The position numbers and the translations under genes are program-made. A model generated the notes under the pieces. That model made no database searches and was not told the DNA's origin. It saw only the letters and a program-made list of their open reading frames with translations. Shown here piece after piece: positions 50,052 through 60,414 of a DNA stretch of 64,000 bases (position 1 is the stretch's first letter; each line of letters starts with the position of its first letter). This DNA is from Candidatus Marinacidobacterales bacterium (GTDB lineage: Bacteria; Acidobacteriota; Vicinamibacteria; Marinacidobacterales; SMYC01), in assembly GCA_965224085.1 (NCBI GenBank), contig CBDCYI010000004.1:1856001-1920000 (forward strand), given 5' to 3'.

Positions 50052-51136
50052 GCCTTGGTGCACAACTCCGATAGAGGCCGAGAGCTCGCTTGGCCCCGAC
50101 TCCCATCATCCGATCATCTCGCTATCAGGCATCCCGAGCGCCGTCATGGTGTTGAGAATCTTGCGCCCGATCCTTGCCTCGACTCTCTGTGCCGCCAACC
50201 CTCTCGCTCGCATCGCTGAGCCCACGATAGCCTTGTAGCGATGGAACGTTGTCTCGACTTTGCTCCGTTTGCTGTAGCCCGATTCTGTGTGCCACTTTCG
50301 TTTGCCGAGCCGAGCTTGTGCTGCAATGTTGCGATTGCGCTGTCGGCTGCTCGCCGGCCCCGATGCGAGCAGGGCGCCCTTGCGCGGCGGTATCAGCACC
50401 CTCGGCGAGCGATGAGCGCTGTGATTCTCGATTGCCTCATAGACGCCGCTGGCGTCGTATGCGGTGTCAGCTCTGGCCGATGAGATGGGACTGTCGCTCT
50501 GTCCGACAAGCGATGCAACCCGCGATGAATCGCGGGCTCTTTTGCTCGTCAGCTCGCCGGCGACGACTTCGCCACTCTGCTCGTCGACACACAGATGGAG
50601 CTTGCGATAGTCCCTGCTATTTGGTGCTCTGCGCAGCTGGCCGGCGTGGACAGCGAGACCGCTGCTGTCGATCAAGATGTGCAACGGCGTCTTCTGCTTG
50701 TCTTGGTAGAAGGGGACCTTACCCAGCTTCGCCTTGCGCCTCGAGATCGTGGTGTGATCGGGCACATCATTGTCTAGCTTCATCAGAGCGAACAACGATC
50801 GCAGCAATCCCTCGCTCTGCCTAGACGACAGATGAAACACCATGCCCAGGGTGACAGCCGTCTCGATGGCGTGGTTCGAGTACTTGCGTTGACGGCCCGG
50901 TTTCCTCCTCCTTGGCCGGGGCGCGTCCCAGTTCACAAGCTTGCCGGCGGTGAGCGAGATCCAGACGGTCAGGCTCCCGCGGTTGCGTAGACCCGCCTCA
51001 TATTCACGCCAATTCCTCACGCGATAGGCCTTCTTCACATACTTCCGCTGAGTGCGTTTGAAAATGCTCATGGGGAACCTCGTATCCGCGAGTACAGGAC
51101 AATTGTGGACCGAGATCGCGAGTTGTGCACCAAGGC
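50052..51136 (-). mobile_element. Complete IS5-family element (1085 bp) with IRs GCCTTGGTGCACAACT
   Basis: Perfect 16-bp IRs at 50052-50067 and 51121-51136; no matching target-site duplication in the flanks. Confidence 0.95.
50106..51071 (-). CDS. IS5-family (IS903-like) transposase
   Basis: YRVRNWREYEAGLRNRGSLTVW, VPDHTTISRR, IDSSG, YRKLHL, ADTAYD, RSKVETTFHRYK. Confidence 0.95.
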   Translation of the reverse strand: MSIFKRTQRKYVKKAYRVRNWREYEAGLRNRGSLTVWISLTAGKLVNWDAPRPRRRKPGRQRKYSNHAIETAVTLGMVFHLSSRQSEGLLRSLFALMKLDNDVPDHTTISRRKAKLGKVPFYQDKQKTPLHILIDSSGLAVHAGQLRRAPNSRDYRKLHLCVDEQSGEVVAGELTSKRARDSSRVASLVGQSDSPISSARADTAYDASGVYEAIENHSAHRSPRVLIPPRKGALLASGPASSRQRNRNIAAQARLGKRKWHTESGYSKRSKVETTFHRYKAIVGSAMRARGLAAQRVEARIGRKILNTMTALGMPDSEMIG

Positions 51137-52482
51137 AGCAGATGGGTGCATGTACGCTTTCGAGAGATGCCTTTCGTTTCGGCGATGGTGTCGAGCTGAA
51201 AGCTGCGACACAGGTTGTGTGCGAGCACGTTCAACTGTTGCCAGGCGCTATTGGCGGCATAGCTTTTAGTGGGCACGACGTCGAGAGCGAACTGGCTGCG
51301 CAATTCGGCGAAGGTTTTCTCTTGGCCGCCTCGCCCAGCAGCGAAGTACCAAAGGCGTTGGACGGTGAGCGATTTGTTGGTGGCGACGGCTGAGTACTCG
51401 AAGTAGCCGTCGTCTGGAGAAAACAGGTCGAGCTGGAAGTTTTTCGGCGTTCGATGTCGAACTCGCTTCCGATAGGTCGCGATCCGGACGGTGATATTCC
51501 AGGGCTCGATGAAGTGTTTGATGGAGAAGCCATCGATTTCGTCACTCACGCGGTGCCATCGCTTGCGCCCAGCGACGACCTCCTTTAGGCCGAGCCACGG
51601 CCAGAACGGAGCCTTGATCGCGAACTCGCTTCGGGAGCGCTCTAGCCTCTTGAGAATCTTTTCGTTGAAAAACGCGGCATCCGTGCGGAATTCCAGCTTT
51701 CGGGACCGACCGAACTGGCCCCGTAGCTCGCCTATCAGCTCCCGTAGAAACGCATCGGCACCCTTGGAGTCGTGAACGTTGCCAGGACGATTTCTGGATT
51801 TGAGAATCTGGCCCGTCTGAGCCAGGTGAGCGAACAAAGGGTAGTAACTTTTATTCTTCTTGCGATGAGGATTGAATCCTCGAAACGCCCATCCAACCTG
51901 ATTGCCTGCCTGAACCACGGTGCCGTCCATATCTACCGTCAGACGGTTCAGACCCAATCGCTCGATCTGCTCGTGGACCAATACACCGTTCAACTCCGAT
52001 AGGCCCTTGAGCCGCTCTCCCGTGAATTGCTTCAGCCAATTCACGATCGTCGGACGGCTCGGTAGTCTTCTCAACCCACAGAAGCGAAGCAGCATCGGGT
52101 CATCACAGACATACTGCAGGTGCTCTAGACGACGAGCTCCCACGAGCAGCATCCCAACCAACACCAGAACCAGTCGGACGCTCCCGTAGTCCGACCGAAT
52201 GCCTTTTCCTCTGCACGCCTTTCCTACCCGGCGGCTTAGCTCAACCCGGCGCAAATATCGTGAAAACAGTTCCAGTCCACCAAACGAGCTCAGGTTCTGC
52301 TTTGTGAACTCGATCGGAAGATCCTTGTTGAAGTTCCGGCGAAATCGAGATAGTTTCAAGCGCACTATAGGGGCCTCTGGTCGTTTGGGGTTTTGTTTGG
52401 AAGCAACGCTCCAAACATAAACCCAGAGGCTCCTTTGTCAATACTTTCGCGCTACTTTGCTCTCTTTTTTTTGCGATTAGGG
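51137..52482 (-). mobile_element. IS1380-family element; transposase starts at 52365 and is truncated by IS5
   Basis: LSSFGGL, VDMDGT, YYPLFAH, RNRPGNVHDS, RTDAAF, RGGQEKTFAELR, ANSAW...AHNL; left end CCCTAATCGCAAAA. Confidence 0.9.
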
Positions 52483-52486
52483 CTAA

Positions 52487-53137
52487 ATGACTATCGCAGC
52501 CGGCTCGAAGCCATCGACGGAAGCGGCTGGCAGGTCGCACAGCAAATCGACCACCACCTCGTGCGGGCCGATTCCGGTCGCCATGCGGACCCACAGCTAC
52601 CACTGGGTCGAGCTCGCCACGATGGAGAAAGAGCCGCACGCGAGCCCGATACGCCGCACGCCGTCGCTCTACAACATTTTCGACGCGCGGTCGGAAGGCC
52701 TCGCAACCGGAATCGAAGAGTGGTTGATGCAGGCCGGTCTATTCGACGAGCGGCCACGCGCGAGAGAGCTCATCTACATCATGCTCGCGCAACGCGCAGC
52801 GCGGGCGATCGGCGGATTGATGATGCACGGCAACGAGTACACGATCGAAGAGGCCGCCGAGTTCGCCGCCGCTTGGACGCCGCGCGGCTGGATGCCGGCC
52901 GGCAGCAACACCGTTTGGGGCGAGCAGCACCTTTACTTGGCGCAGCCCGGATACGGGACGAGCTACTTGATGGGCAAGATCCAGATCGAAGAGCTCATGG
53001 CTGAGAGAGCCCATGAGCTCGGCGACGCATTCACGCTTCGCGGTTTCATGGACGAGTGCGCCGCCGTCGGCGTGATTCCTGTCTCGCTCGTCCGCTGGGA
53101 GCTCACTGGACGCGACGTGACAAACGTCGCTCCCTGA
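52487..53137 (+). pseudogene. DUF885-family protein remnant, N-terminus cut by IS1380 and internally deleted near 52570
   Basis: DYRSRLEAIDGSGWQVAQQIDHHLVRA in one frame, then MRTHSYHW...SEGLATGIEE...QPGYGTSYLMGK...RGFMDE in another. Confidence 0.72.
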
Positions 53138-53176
53138 CTGGCGCCGCTTCGAGCTAAAATGGCTCCGGAGACTAGC

Positions 53177-54457
53177 ATGCGAAAATGCATTTCACTCTGG
53201 GTCCTGGCATCAGCATTGTGGGCCGGGCTCGCACAAGCACAGTCTCAACCGGACCAAGCGGATGTGTGGCTTCAAGAGACCGTTCTTAAGGTCCTTGCGG
53301 GCCGAGGCTACGAATCCTTGCGCGTTCAAGCAACGGACGGTGTCGTCACGGTCACGGGCCGGGTTCGCAGTGCCCGGGACAAGATCCTCATCATCCAAGC
53401 TGCGTTCACCGTCGCCGAAGTCGAGGCCATCGAAAGCGAGCTTCAACTGCAGGTCAGTGGCACACGCCAGCTCGAGGAGGAGATCTGGCTGACTCTGTTT
53501 CAAGAGGGATTGGGCGGGGAACTCGAAGAAATCATCGTCAAGAACGGGGTCGCCGAAGTAAGCGGCCGAGTCCCCGATGAAGCTACACGTGACCAAGTCT
53601 TCGCCATCGTGCGTCGCGTCCCTGGAGTCGAAGCGATCACGGGCGCGCTCATCGTCGCGGAGGCCGCCCCCAGCGCACCCGAGCCCACGCGGACGGCGAT
53701 GGCGGCGACCCCAGAACTCGCATCCGTGCCCACACCAGCGCCCGAGCCAGAGCATGCGCCTGAGCCAAAGCCAGTGCCCGCGCCCGAACCAAAGCCAGGG
53801 CCTCCGCTCGAACCAGAGCCTGCGCCCGAACCAGAGCCTGCGCCTGAGCCAGAGCCTACGTCTGTGCCAGAGCCTGCGCCTGAGCCTACGTCTGTGCCAA
53901 AGCCTGCGCCAGAGCCTGCGCCTAAGCCTGCGCCTGAGCCAGTGGCGGTGCGTGTGCCCGAACCCGCGCGCATCCTAAAAGCCGCACCGGCGCGCAAAGC
54001 TGCTCCGGCTCGGAGCGAGAACGACATTGCCAGGGAAATCGCCCAACGAATCCTATCGTCGGACTACACGGTGTTCGACCACATCCAATTCGGCTTCGAC
54101 GAGGGCGTAGTGGAGATCGATGGCTCTCTAACGACTCGAGAAAAGAAAGATGCGCTCGAGGACAGTATCGCGAACATCTCGGGCGTCGTCTCAGTTAAGA
54201 GCGACATCCGCGTCCAATCCGACTCGTCCGCCGATCAAAGGCTGCGACGGAACCTGTTTCGCCGCATCTATGACGATCCTGCCTTCGCCGAGTTTGCCGA
54301 CAAACCGAACCCTCCTATCCACATCATCGTCGACGGCAAGCACGTGACGCTGACGGGCGCCGTGGACACGCTCGTCAAACAGATGGCGGCGGAGGCGATC
54401 GCGCGTACGACTTTCGGCGTGCGTTCGGTGAGAAACCAGATCCGCGTTCGCGAGTAG
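53177..54457 (+). CDS. Secreted multi-BON-domain protein with a Pro/Glu-rich linker
   Basis: Signal peptide; [44 protein letters not shown]. Confidence 0.88.
   Translation: MRKCISLWVLASALWAGLAQAQSQPDQADVWLQETVLKVLAGRGYESLRVQATDGVVTVTGRVRSARDKILIIQAAFTVAEVEAIESELQLQVSGTRQLEEEIWLTLFQEGLGGELEEIIVKNGVAEVSGRVPDEATRDQVFAIVRRVPGVEAITGALIVAEAAPSAPEPTRTAMAATPELASVPTPAPEPEHAPEPKPVPAPEPKPGPPLEPEPAPEPEPAPEPEPTSVPEPAPEPTSVPKPAPEPAPKPAPEPVAVRVPEPARILKAAPARKAAPARSENDIAREIAQRILSSDYTVFDHIQFGFDEGVVEIDGSLTTREKKDALEDSIANISGVVSVKSDIRVQSDSSADQRLRRNLFRRIYDDPAFAEFADKPNPPIHIIVDGKHVTLTGAVDTLVKQMAAEAIARTTFGVRSVRNQIRVRE
53740..53945 (+). repeat. Coding low-complexity repeats (PEPAPE/PKPAPE)
   Basis: Repeated CCAGAGCCTGCGCC(C/T)GA units inside the BON gene. 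Confidence 0.85.
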
Positions 54458-54468
54458 CGGTCAGATCT

Positions 54469-56349
54469 TCAAGCCAAAGCACCTCGAAGCGCTGCGACCT
54501 GCTCGCGCACATGATCCGCCGACACATGACCCACTGGAATCGGTGCGCCCACGGAGATGCCAACGCGGCTCGAGAGCTTCCCGAGCGTCAAGTCGCGAAG
54601 CCTTTTTTTGGCGCGTGAGAACAAGCTGCCCCAGAGCCCCGAGAGGCCCATGGGCACAACAGGGACCGGCGTACGTGCCACGATATGCTCGATGCCTTTG
54701 CGAAACGCACGTACCTCGCCGTCATCCGTAAGGCTGCCCTCCGGAAATATGCAGACGGCCTCACCGTCGTCGAGAGCCTCAGCAATCTCATCCATCGCGT
54801 TTTTCAAGATCTCGGGGCTCTCGCTCCGTCCCGCTATCGGGATGACGCGGGCCCAGCGCAAGAGCGTGCCGACGAGAGGCAGCTCGCCGAATTTGTAATA
54901 CATGACGAAGCGCACCGGCCGCGCGAGCGTCGCCGCGAGAATGAACCCGTCCACATAGGTCACATGGTTCACGGCGAGGAGCACCGGTCCATCCCGGGGG
55001 ATGTTCTCGAGTCCCTCGACCCGAGGACGGTAGACGAGGCGCACAACAAGCCAGACGATCACGCTGGCGAATAAGTCTGGAACGAGCTTGAAGATATAGA
55101 CGACGACCGCGGCGTTCATCAAAGCGACCACGAGATAGACGTGGACCGAAGGGATGCCCAAGGACGCGTAGCCATAGGTCATCGCCGCAGAGACGACCAT
55201 GAAGAGCGCGGAGAGAATGCCGCTCGCCGAGAGCACGCGCGAGCGCCGGGAGGCGGGCGACCGCTCCTGCACGAGCGCGTTGAGCGGGACCACGAACAAA
55301 CCGCCACAGATGGCGATACCGAGCAAGTCGAGCACGATCCGAAGGCTACGGCCCGTCAACAGGAACGCCCGGAGTCCAGCGAGTTCGCTCGTCACGATCG
55401 GCTCGTAAGCGAGGCTCGCAAAAAAAAGGTCCAGCGAGAAGACGCTCAATCCCAAAGCACCCGTTGGTACGAGCGCGCTCTCCAATCGATGCCGCGCGAA
55501 ACGCCCGCAGGCGAGCGAGCCGACACCGATGCCGACGCAGAACAACATGAGAAAGAACGTGACGACTTGTTCGTTGACGTAGAGGATTTGCTTTCCGTAA
55601 GTGGGGAAGAGGGTGAGTAGCGTGGCGCCGAAGAACCAAAACCAAGACACGCCGAGAATCGAACGCAACACGGAGCGGTCTTCGGCCGCGAAGCGGCACG
55701 CTTTTGCCGCCTGGCGAACGGGATTCCAGTCGAAGCGCAGCTCGGGATCGCTCGCACGACCTTCCGGAATCCGACCGCTCGTGAAGTATCCGGCGGCCGC
55801 CACGAAGAGCAAAAGCCCCGCCGTCGCGCTCGAGGCCCAGCCACCCGCTTCCATAAGAAGCCCGCCCAGAATCGTCCCCATCAATATGGCGAGAAACGTC
55901 GCTCCACCAACGAGCGCGTTTCCGGAAACGAGCGTCTTCGGGTCGAGAGATTCCGGAAGGATGGCGTATTTCACAGGGCCGAAGAAGGCCGACTGCGTCC
56001 CCATGAGAAAGAGCGTACCCGCGAGCAGCCACCCGTTCTGCGTGACGAAGCCGGCCGCAGCCACCGCCATGACGGCGAGCTCCCACAGCTTGATCAACCG
56101 CACGAGTTTGGCCTTTTCGAACTTGTCCGCGAGCTGGCCGGCGAAAGCGGAGAACAGAAAGAACGGAAGGATAAGAAGGCCGTTCAGAAGCGGCGTCCAG
56201 AGCCCCCCGTCATGAGCGCTCGAGAGCGCGCCGAACGTGATGAGGAACACGAACGCCGTCTTGAACAGATTGTCGTTCAACGCCCCTAGAAACTGCGTCC
56301 AGAACAAGGGGCCGAAGCGCCTTTCGCGAATCAATTGAAGCTGGCTCAT
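54469..56349 (-). CDS. MFS (LplT-like) transporter fused to an acyltransferase domain
   Basis: FWTQFLGALNDNLFK, GQLADKFEK, FFGPVKY; C-terminal NHVTYVD and IFPEG. Confidence 0.93.
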   Translation of the reverse strand: MSQLQLIRERRFGPLFWTQFLGALNDNLFKTAFVFLITFGALSSAHDGGLWTPLLNGLLILPFFLFSAFAGQLADKFEKAKLVRLIKLWELAVMAVAAAGFVTQNGWLLAGTLFLMGTQSAFFGPVKYAILPESLDPKTLVSGNALVGGATFLAILMGTILGGLLMEAGGWASSATAGLLLFVAAAGYFTSGRIPEGRASDPELRFDWNPVRQAAKACRFAAEDRSVLRSILGVSWFWFFGATLLTLFPTYGKQILYVNEQVVTFFLMLFCVGIGVGSLACGRFARHRLESALVPTGALGLSVFSLDLFFASLAYEPIVTSELAGLRAFLLTGRSLRIVLDLLGIAICGGLFVVPLNALVQERSPASRRSRVLSASGILSALFMVVSAAMTYGYASLGIPSVHVYLVVALMNAAVVVYIFKLVPDLFASVIVWLVVRLVYRPRVEGLENIPRDGPVLLAVNHVTYVDGFILAATLARPVRFVMYYKFGELPLVGTLLRWARVIPIAGRSESPEILKNAMDEIAEALDDGEAVCIFPEGSLTDDGEVRAFRKGIEHIVARTPVPVVPMGLSGLWGSLFSRAKKRLRDLTLGKLSSRVGISVGAPIPVGHVSADHVREQVAALRGALA

Positions 56350-56488
56350 CTATTCCTCCTGAACGGAGAACATAAGAGCAAGAGCCGTACCAAACACAAG
56401 AGTATTGAATACAATAACTTACGGCGTTTCTTGTGCAGTGAGTTTCATGCGGGCCTGCATGCTCGGGACAGCGTGCTAGGATCGCGTC

Positions 56489-57817
56489 GTGCCTACCGCG
56501 AAACCGGCCGCGCTAGTGCTGGCTGCGGTGCTCGCCATCTCCTGCCGAACAGGGATTCAGGGGCGAGCCGACAAAGTCCAGGTGGTCGTCCTCGGATTCG
56601 ACGGCGCCAACTGGGAGACGATCGACCCGCTCATCGAAGCTGGGAAGCTACCGCTGCTCGCGAAGCTGAAACAAGAGGCCGCCTGGGCGCCTCTCAGAAC
56701 GTTCAAACCCACGAAATCCCCTGTCATTTGGACGAGCATCGCGACGGGAAAGTCGATGGAGAAACATGGCATCCTCGATTTCGTCTTCATGGAGCAAAAC
56801 GAGATCCAGGTTCCCTACAGCAATTCCGAGCGACGTGAGCCTTCGATTTGGCAGATCCTCGATCACGCCGAGCTCCGCTCTGTCATCGTGAATTGGTTCG
56901 TGACCTACCCGCCGGATGCGATCGACGGCGTCATGGTGTCGAACCGTTTTCGCAAGACGCTTCTCCTGAAACAAGACCAGCGCCCACGGATGGCGGACTC
57001 GGTGCACCCGCCGCATTATTTCCGCGAGCTGAAACCGTTCTTGAGCCTCGACTACGAGGACGTCTGCGCGCAACGCGAGCTACCGGATCTCCCCGGCTTT
57101 CACGAAAGCTTGAGCCCGTCGAACAACGCCGAAGACATTCAAGTACTGAAGGACTATCGGATCTATGTCCTTCAAGAGGCGCTCAACGAGAACGTCGCCA
57201 AGCATCTTTACGAGAGCGAAGATTTCGATCTCTTTGCCGCCTATTTTCGTTTGCCTGACATCGTGCAACATACAGCACTCAGCTTGATCGACCCCGACCA
57301 AGTCGAGAAAACACTCGCCGCGATGCGAAAGGGCGAGCTCACCAGTGACGACCGCGCTCTGTTCCAGGAGAGCCTTGCCGCCGTGCTCGAGCCGTTTTAT
57401 CGCTACATGGAGCGCCTCATCGAATCGTATCTGAGCTCGATGCCGGAGAGCGCTTATCTCATCGTCGTCTCGGATCACGGCTTCTCACTACACGGCGGAG
57501 GCTACGACCACTATCACATCCCGGAGAGCTTCCCCGCTCCAAGCGGCATCTTCTTGATGAAGGGACCCGGAACGAAGCCGGGCCTCGTGCCGTCGGTGAG
57601 CGTCTACGACATCGCCCCGACGATCCTCCATCTCTTCGACCTTCCTATTGGGGAGGACATGGACGGAAGCGCTGTTACCACAGCACTCACCTGGGAGCGC
57701 GACACGGGGAAGAAGCGCTATGCGCGCGAGCTCATGGAGCCGAAAGAGCATCGCCGCGACGCGGAGATCGACGCGCGCACGCTCGAAGAGCTGCGCTCGC
57801 TCGGCTATATCAAGTAG
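56489..57817 (+). CDS. Alkaline-phosphatase-superfamily (phosphodiesterase/NPP-type) lipoprotein
   Basis: LGFDGANW, SPVIWTSIATG, VVSDHGF, DIAPTIL, LRSLGYI. Confidence 0.88.
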   Translation: MPTAKPAALVLAAVLAISCRTGIQGRADKVQVVVLGFDGANWETIDPLIEAGKLPLLAKLKQEAAWAPLRTFKPTKSPVIWTSIATGKSMEKHGILDFVFMEQNEIQVPYSNSERREPSIWQILDHAELRSVIVNWFVTYPPDAIDGVMVSNRFRKTLLLKQDQRPRMADSVHPPHYFRELKPFLSLDYEDVCAQRELPDLPGFHESLSPSNNAEDIQVLKDYRIYVLQEALNENVAKHLYESEDFDLFAAYFRLPDIVQHTALSLIDPDQVEKTLAAMRKGELTSDDRALFQESLAAVLEPFYRYMERLIESYLSSMPESAYLIVVSDHGFSLHGGGYDHYHIPESFPAPSGIFLMKGPGTKPGLVPSVSVYDIAPTILHLFDLPIGEDMDGSAVTTALTWERDTGKKRYARELMEPKEHRRDAEIDARTLEELRSLGYIK

Positions 57818-57832
57818 TCACGTCGAGCACGG

Positions 57833-60004
57833 CTAGAACGCGAAGCGCACCTCCCCGACCACCTGGCGCTTGATGAAATCCCCGAAGATGTGCTGCTGGA
57901 CGTCCGCATTGTTCAAGTTCGTGACCTTGATGGACGTCGTGAGCCGATCCTCCGCCCATCGGATGCCGAATCCACCACTAACGGTGAAGTAGGAATCGGT
58001 AGGGCCGTGGAAGCGTGCCGTCAGAACGTCGGCCCAGAACGCCTCATCCGTATAATTTGCAGAGAGATTCCAAAAATAGCGTCCGCGACTGTAGTTGAAG
58101 CCGGCGTTGAAACGATTTTTGGAGGGGAAGTTTAGCTCGGCCAGTGTGTCCGGGCTCTCGGTGACAGGATCCGCTTGGAACGAGTAGTTGACGAAGACGT
58201 TCAAGTCCGGTGAAGTTTGCGCGACGAGCGAAAGCTCGACGCCCTTGTCCCTCACTTTGTCGAAGTTGAGATACGTGAACTCGGAAGGGATGCCTACGCC
58301 CAAAAAATTGAGTAAATCTAGAACAGCCGGAGGCAATGGCCAGCCCGGTGGCGGATTGGCACTGTTATAGGTCGCCGACTGTGTAAAGATGATGTTGTCG
58401 CTCGTCTCGTTCACATAGAAGGCCGCACCGACCGTGTACTTCTTGGCAAAAGTTCCGGTATAGCCAATCTCATAAGCGGTCAAGCTCTCCTCGCTGAGAC
58501 CCTGGTTCCCGCTGGCGCGGATGGGGACGATAAACTGCTGGCCCTGGAGCGCCGGATTGATTAGCCCGAGATCGATAGGCTGCACGAGCGTCACGTCGAG
58601 AAAGTTGTTCACGAGCGACGGCGCGCGGAAAGCTCGATTGTACGAAACCCGGATCGTATGATCCCGGCCGGGCTTGATCATGAACGTCGTGCGCGGGGAG
58701 AAGACCGCCTTGTCGAGAACGCTGAACTTGTCCACGCGTCCGCCGACGAGCCATCGAAAATGATCGGAAATGAAGATCTCGTCTTGAATGTAGAAACCCG
58801 CTTCATTCCGGCTGTCGTCCCCCTGAGCGATCGACAGGTCGAACGCCGTGTTACGAATGTTGCCTCCGTAAGTGAGCAAGTGCTTCGTACCGAGCGCTTG
58901 TGTATTTCCGACTTCTAAGTCATAGGTTTGGGTATCGAAGAGAAAGTTGATTGGCTGTCCATCGACACCGATCGCCAACAGCGCGGGCGCTTCGCCGTCG
59001 AGAAGGTTGGCGAAGAAATTTACCTTCCAGTTGTCCCTTAGATAGTTGACCTTGCCGTAACCCAAGCGCGTTCCGCGCTCGATCTGAAACGGTCCGATGC
59101 CCGTGTGAATGATGCCTTCGGTACCGCCGAAACCGCCGTCGAAGATCCATTTCTGCCGCCCGTCCGGGTTGTCGTAGTCGACGCGGATGTTGAACTTGGG
59201 CTGTACGGTGCCGTCGTTCGGAAACGGCGGATAAGGCGCCCCCCCGGTGCCACGATCGGGGTCGAGAGGTATGGTCCCCGTCGGACGCGGCAGGGCATCC
59301 ATCGAGAAGAACCCGGCGGCAACTTTGTACGCCCAACGGTCGTTCACCGCCTGCGCGTGCGTCGCGTTCACCCGGAAGAGCCCTCCCGTGTCGAGCTCGT
59401 TGCCGGGCGCATCCCGGTTGATCGCGCCGAAGCCGAATGTCACCGAGGTCGAGTCGATCTCACGCGGTGTCTTGGTGATCACGTTGACGACACCCGTCAT
59501 CGCATTGGCGCCCCAAACCGCCGAGGCCGGACCGCGAATGACATCGATTTGCGCGATCTCGCTCATATCGACGGGCAAGAAGTCCCAGGCGACGAAGCCA
59601 AAAAAGTCCAAGTAGATGGAGCGTCCGTCCAGAAGCGCCAGCTGCGACGTGGCGAGCGTGGACGTCGCGCCGCGCGTGGTGAGGTTGATGTCGCGGGCGG
59701 ACGTTTGAGTCACGTTCATTCCTGGAACCGAGCTCAGGAGCTCACCGAAATTTTGGGCCGGTGAGTTCTCGATGATGTTGCTTGTAATGACGCTTACTGT
59801 GGCCGGAGCGTTGATGATCTGATGCTCCGTCCTAGAGGCCGTGACCACGACCGTCTCCGAGTAGGAAGGGATGGGTTCCTCTCCCTCTTGCGACGATGGT
59901 TCTTGTGGCTCTTGTTGACTCTGAGCCTGAGTCCCCCCCGCGGCAGCCGGCGCAACAGCGAAAATGACAATGGCGACGCATAGCGTGATGGTGCGTTTTG
60001 TCAT
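57833..60004 (-). CDS. TonB-dependent receptor
   Basis: Signal peptide, ETVVVTASR TonB box, IDVIRGPASAVWGANAMTGVVNVITK, terminal Phe. Confidence 0.95.
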   Translation of the reverse strand: MTKRTITLCVAIVIFAVAPAAAGGTQAQSQQEPQEPSSQEGEEPIPSYSETVVVTASRTEHQIINAPATVSVITSNIIENSPAQNFGELLSSVPGMNVTQTSARDINLTTRGATSTLATSQLALLDGRSIYLDFFGFVAWDFLPVDMSEIAQIDVIRGPASAVWGANAMTGVVNVITKTPREIDSTSVTFGFGAINRDAPGNELDTGGLFRVNATHAQAVNDRWAYKVAAGFFSMDALPRPTGTIPLDPDRGTGGAPYPPFPNDGTVQPKFNIRVDYDNPDGRQKWIFDGGFGGTEGIIHTGIGPFQIERGTRLGYGKVNYLRDNWKVNFFANLLDGEAPALLAIGVDGQPINFLFDTQTYDLEVGNTQALGTKHLLTYGGNIRNTAFDLSIAQGDDSRNEAGFYIQDEIFISDHFRWLVGGRVDKFSVLDKAVFSPRTTFMIKPGRDHTIRVSYNRAFRAPSLVNNFLDVTLVQPIDLGLINPALQGQQFIVPIRASGNQGLSEESLTAYEIGYTGTFAKKYTVGAAFYVNETSDNIIFTQSATYNSANPPPGWPLPPAVLDLLNFLGVGIPSEFTYLNFDKVRDKGVELSLVAQTSPDLNVFVNYSFQADPVTESPDTLAELNFPSKNRFNAGFNYSRGRYFWNLSANYTDEAFWADVLTARFHGPTDSYFTVSGGFGIRWAEDRLTTSIKVTNLNNADVQQHIFGDFIKRQVVGEVRFAF

Positions 60005-60414
60005 GGTGAGCTCCTTTGGCCGCGTTGGGATGACGGCGTGAATTCGAGCATATTTTCACGAAACGCGACCCCGCTGCAATAACGCTGGTCGGATTCATTT
60101 TTAGGGAGGACAGAGCAGGAGGCGATCCATCCATTGTGCACTCAGCTGCTGTCAGCCCCAGTGCTCACGACCTTAGGGCCCGGGGCAAGAACAACTACCG
60201 ATTCTTGGGCGCCGATGCATCCGGTCTAGCTCACCGCCTTAAGCAGCGAGCCTGTCGAGCGGAGGGCTAGGACGCGTCAGCGGCCGCACTGGAAGATTGC
60301 TCATATATCCGGATATTATTCGCTCCTCGCGCCTTGCCGAAGCGGCGCCCTCTATTAGATTGGGCCCAAGAATCGGCATTTATTCTTGCCCGGACCCTTA
60401 GATTGAAAGATACA

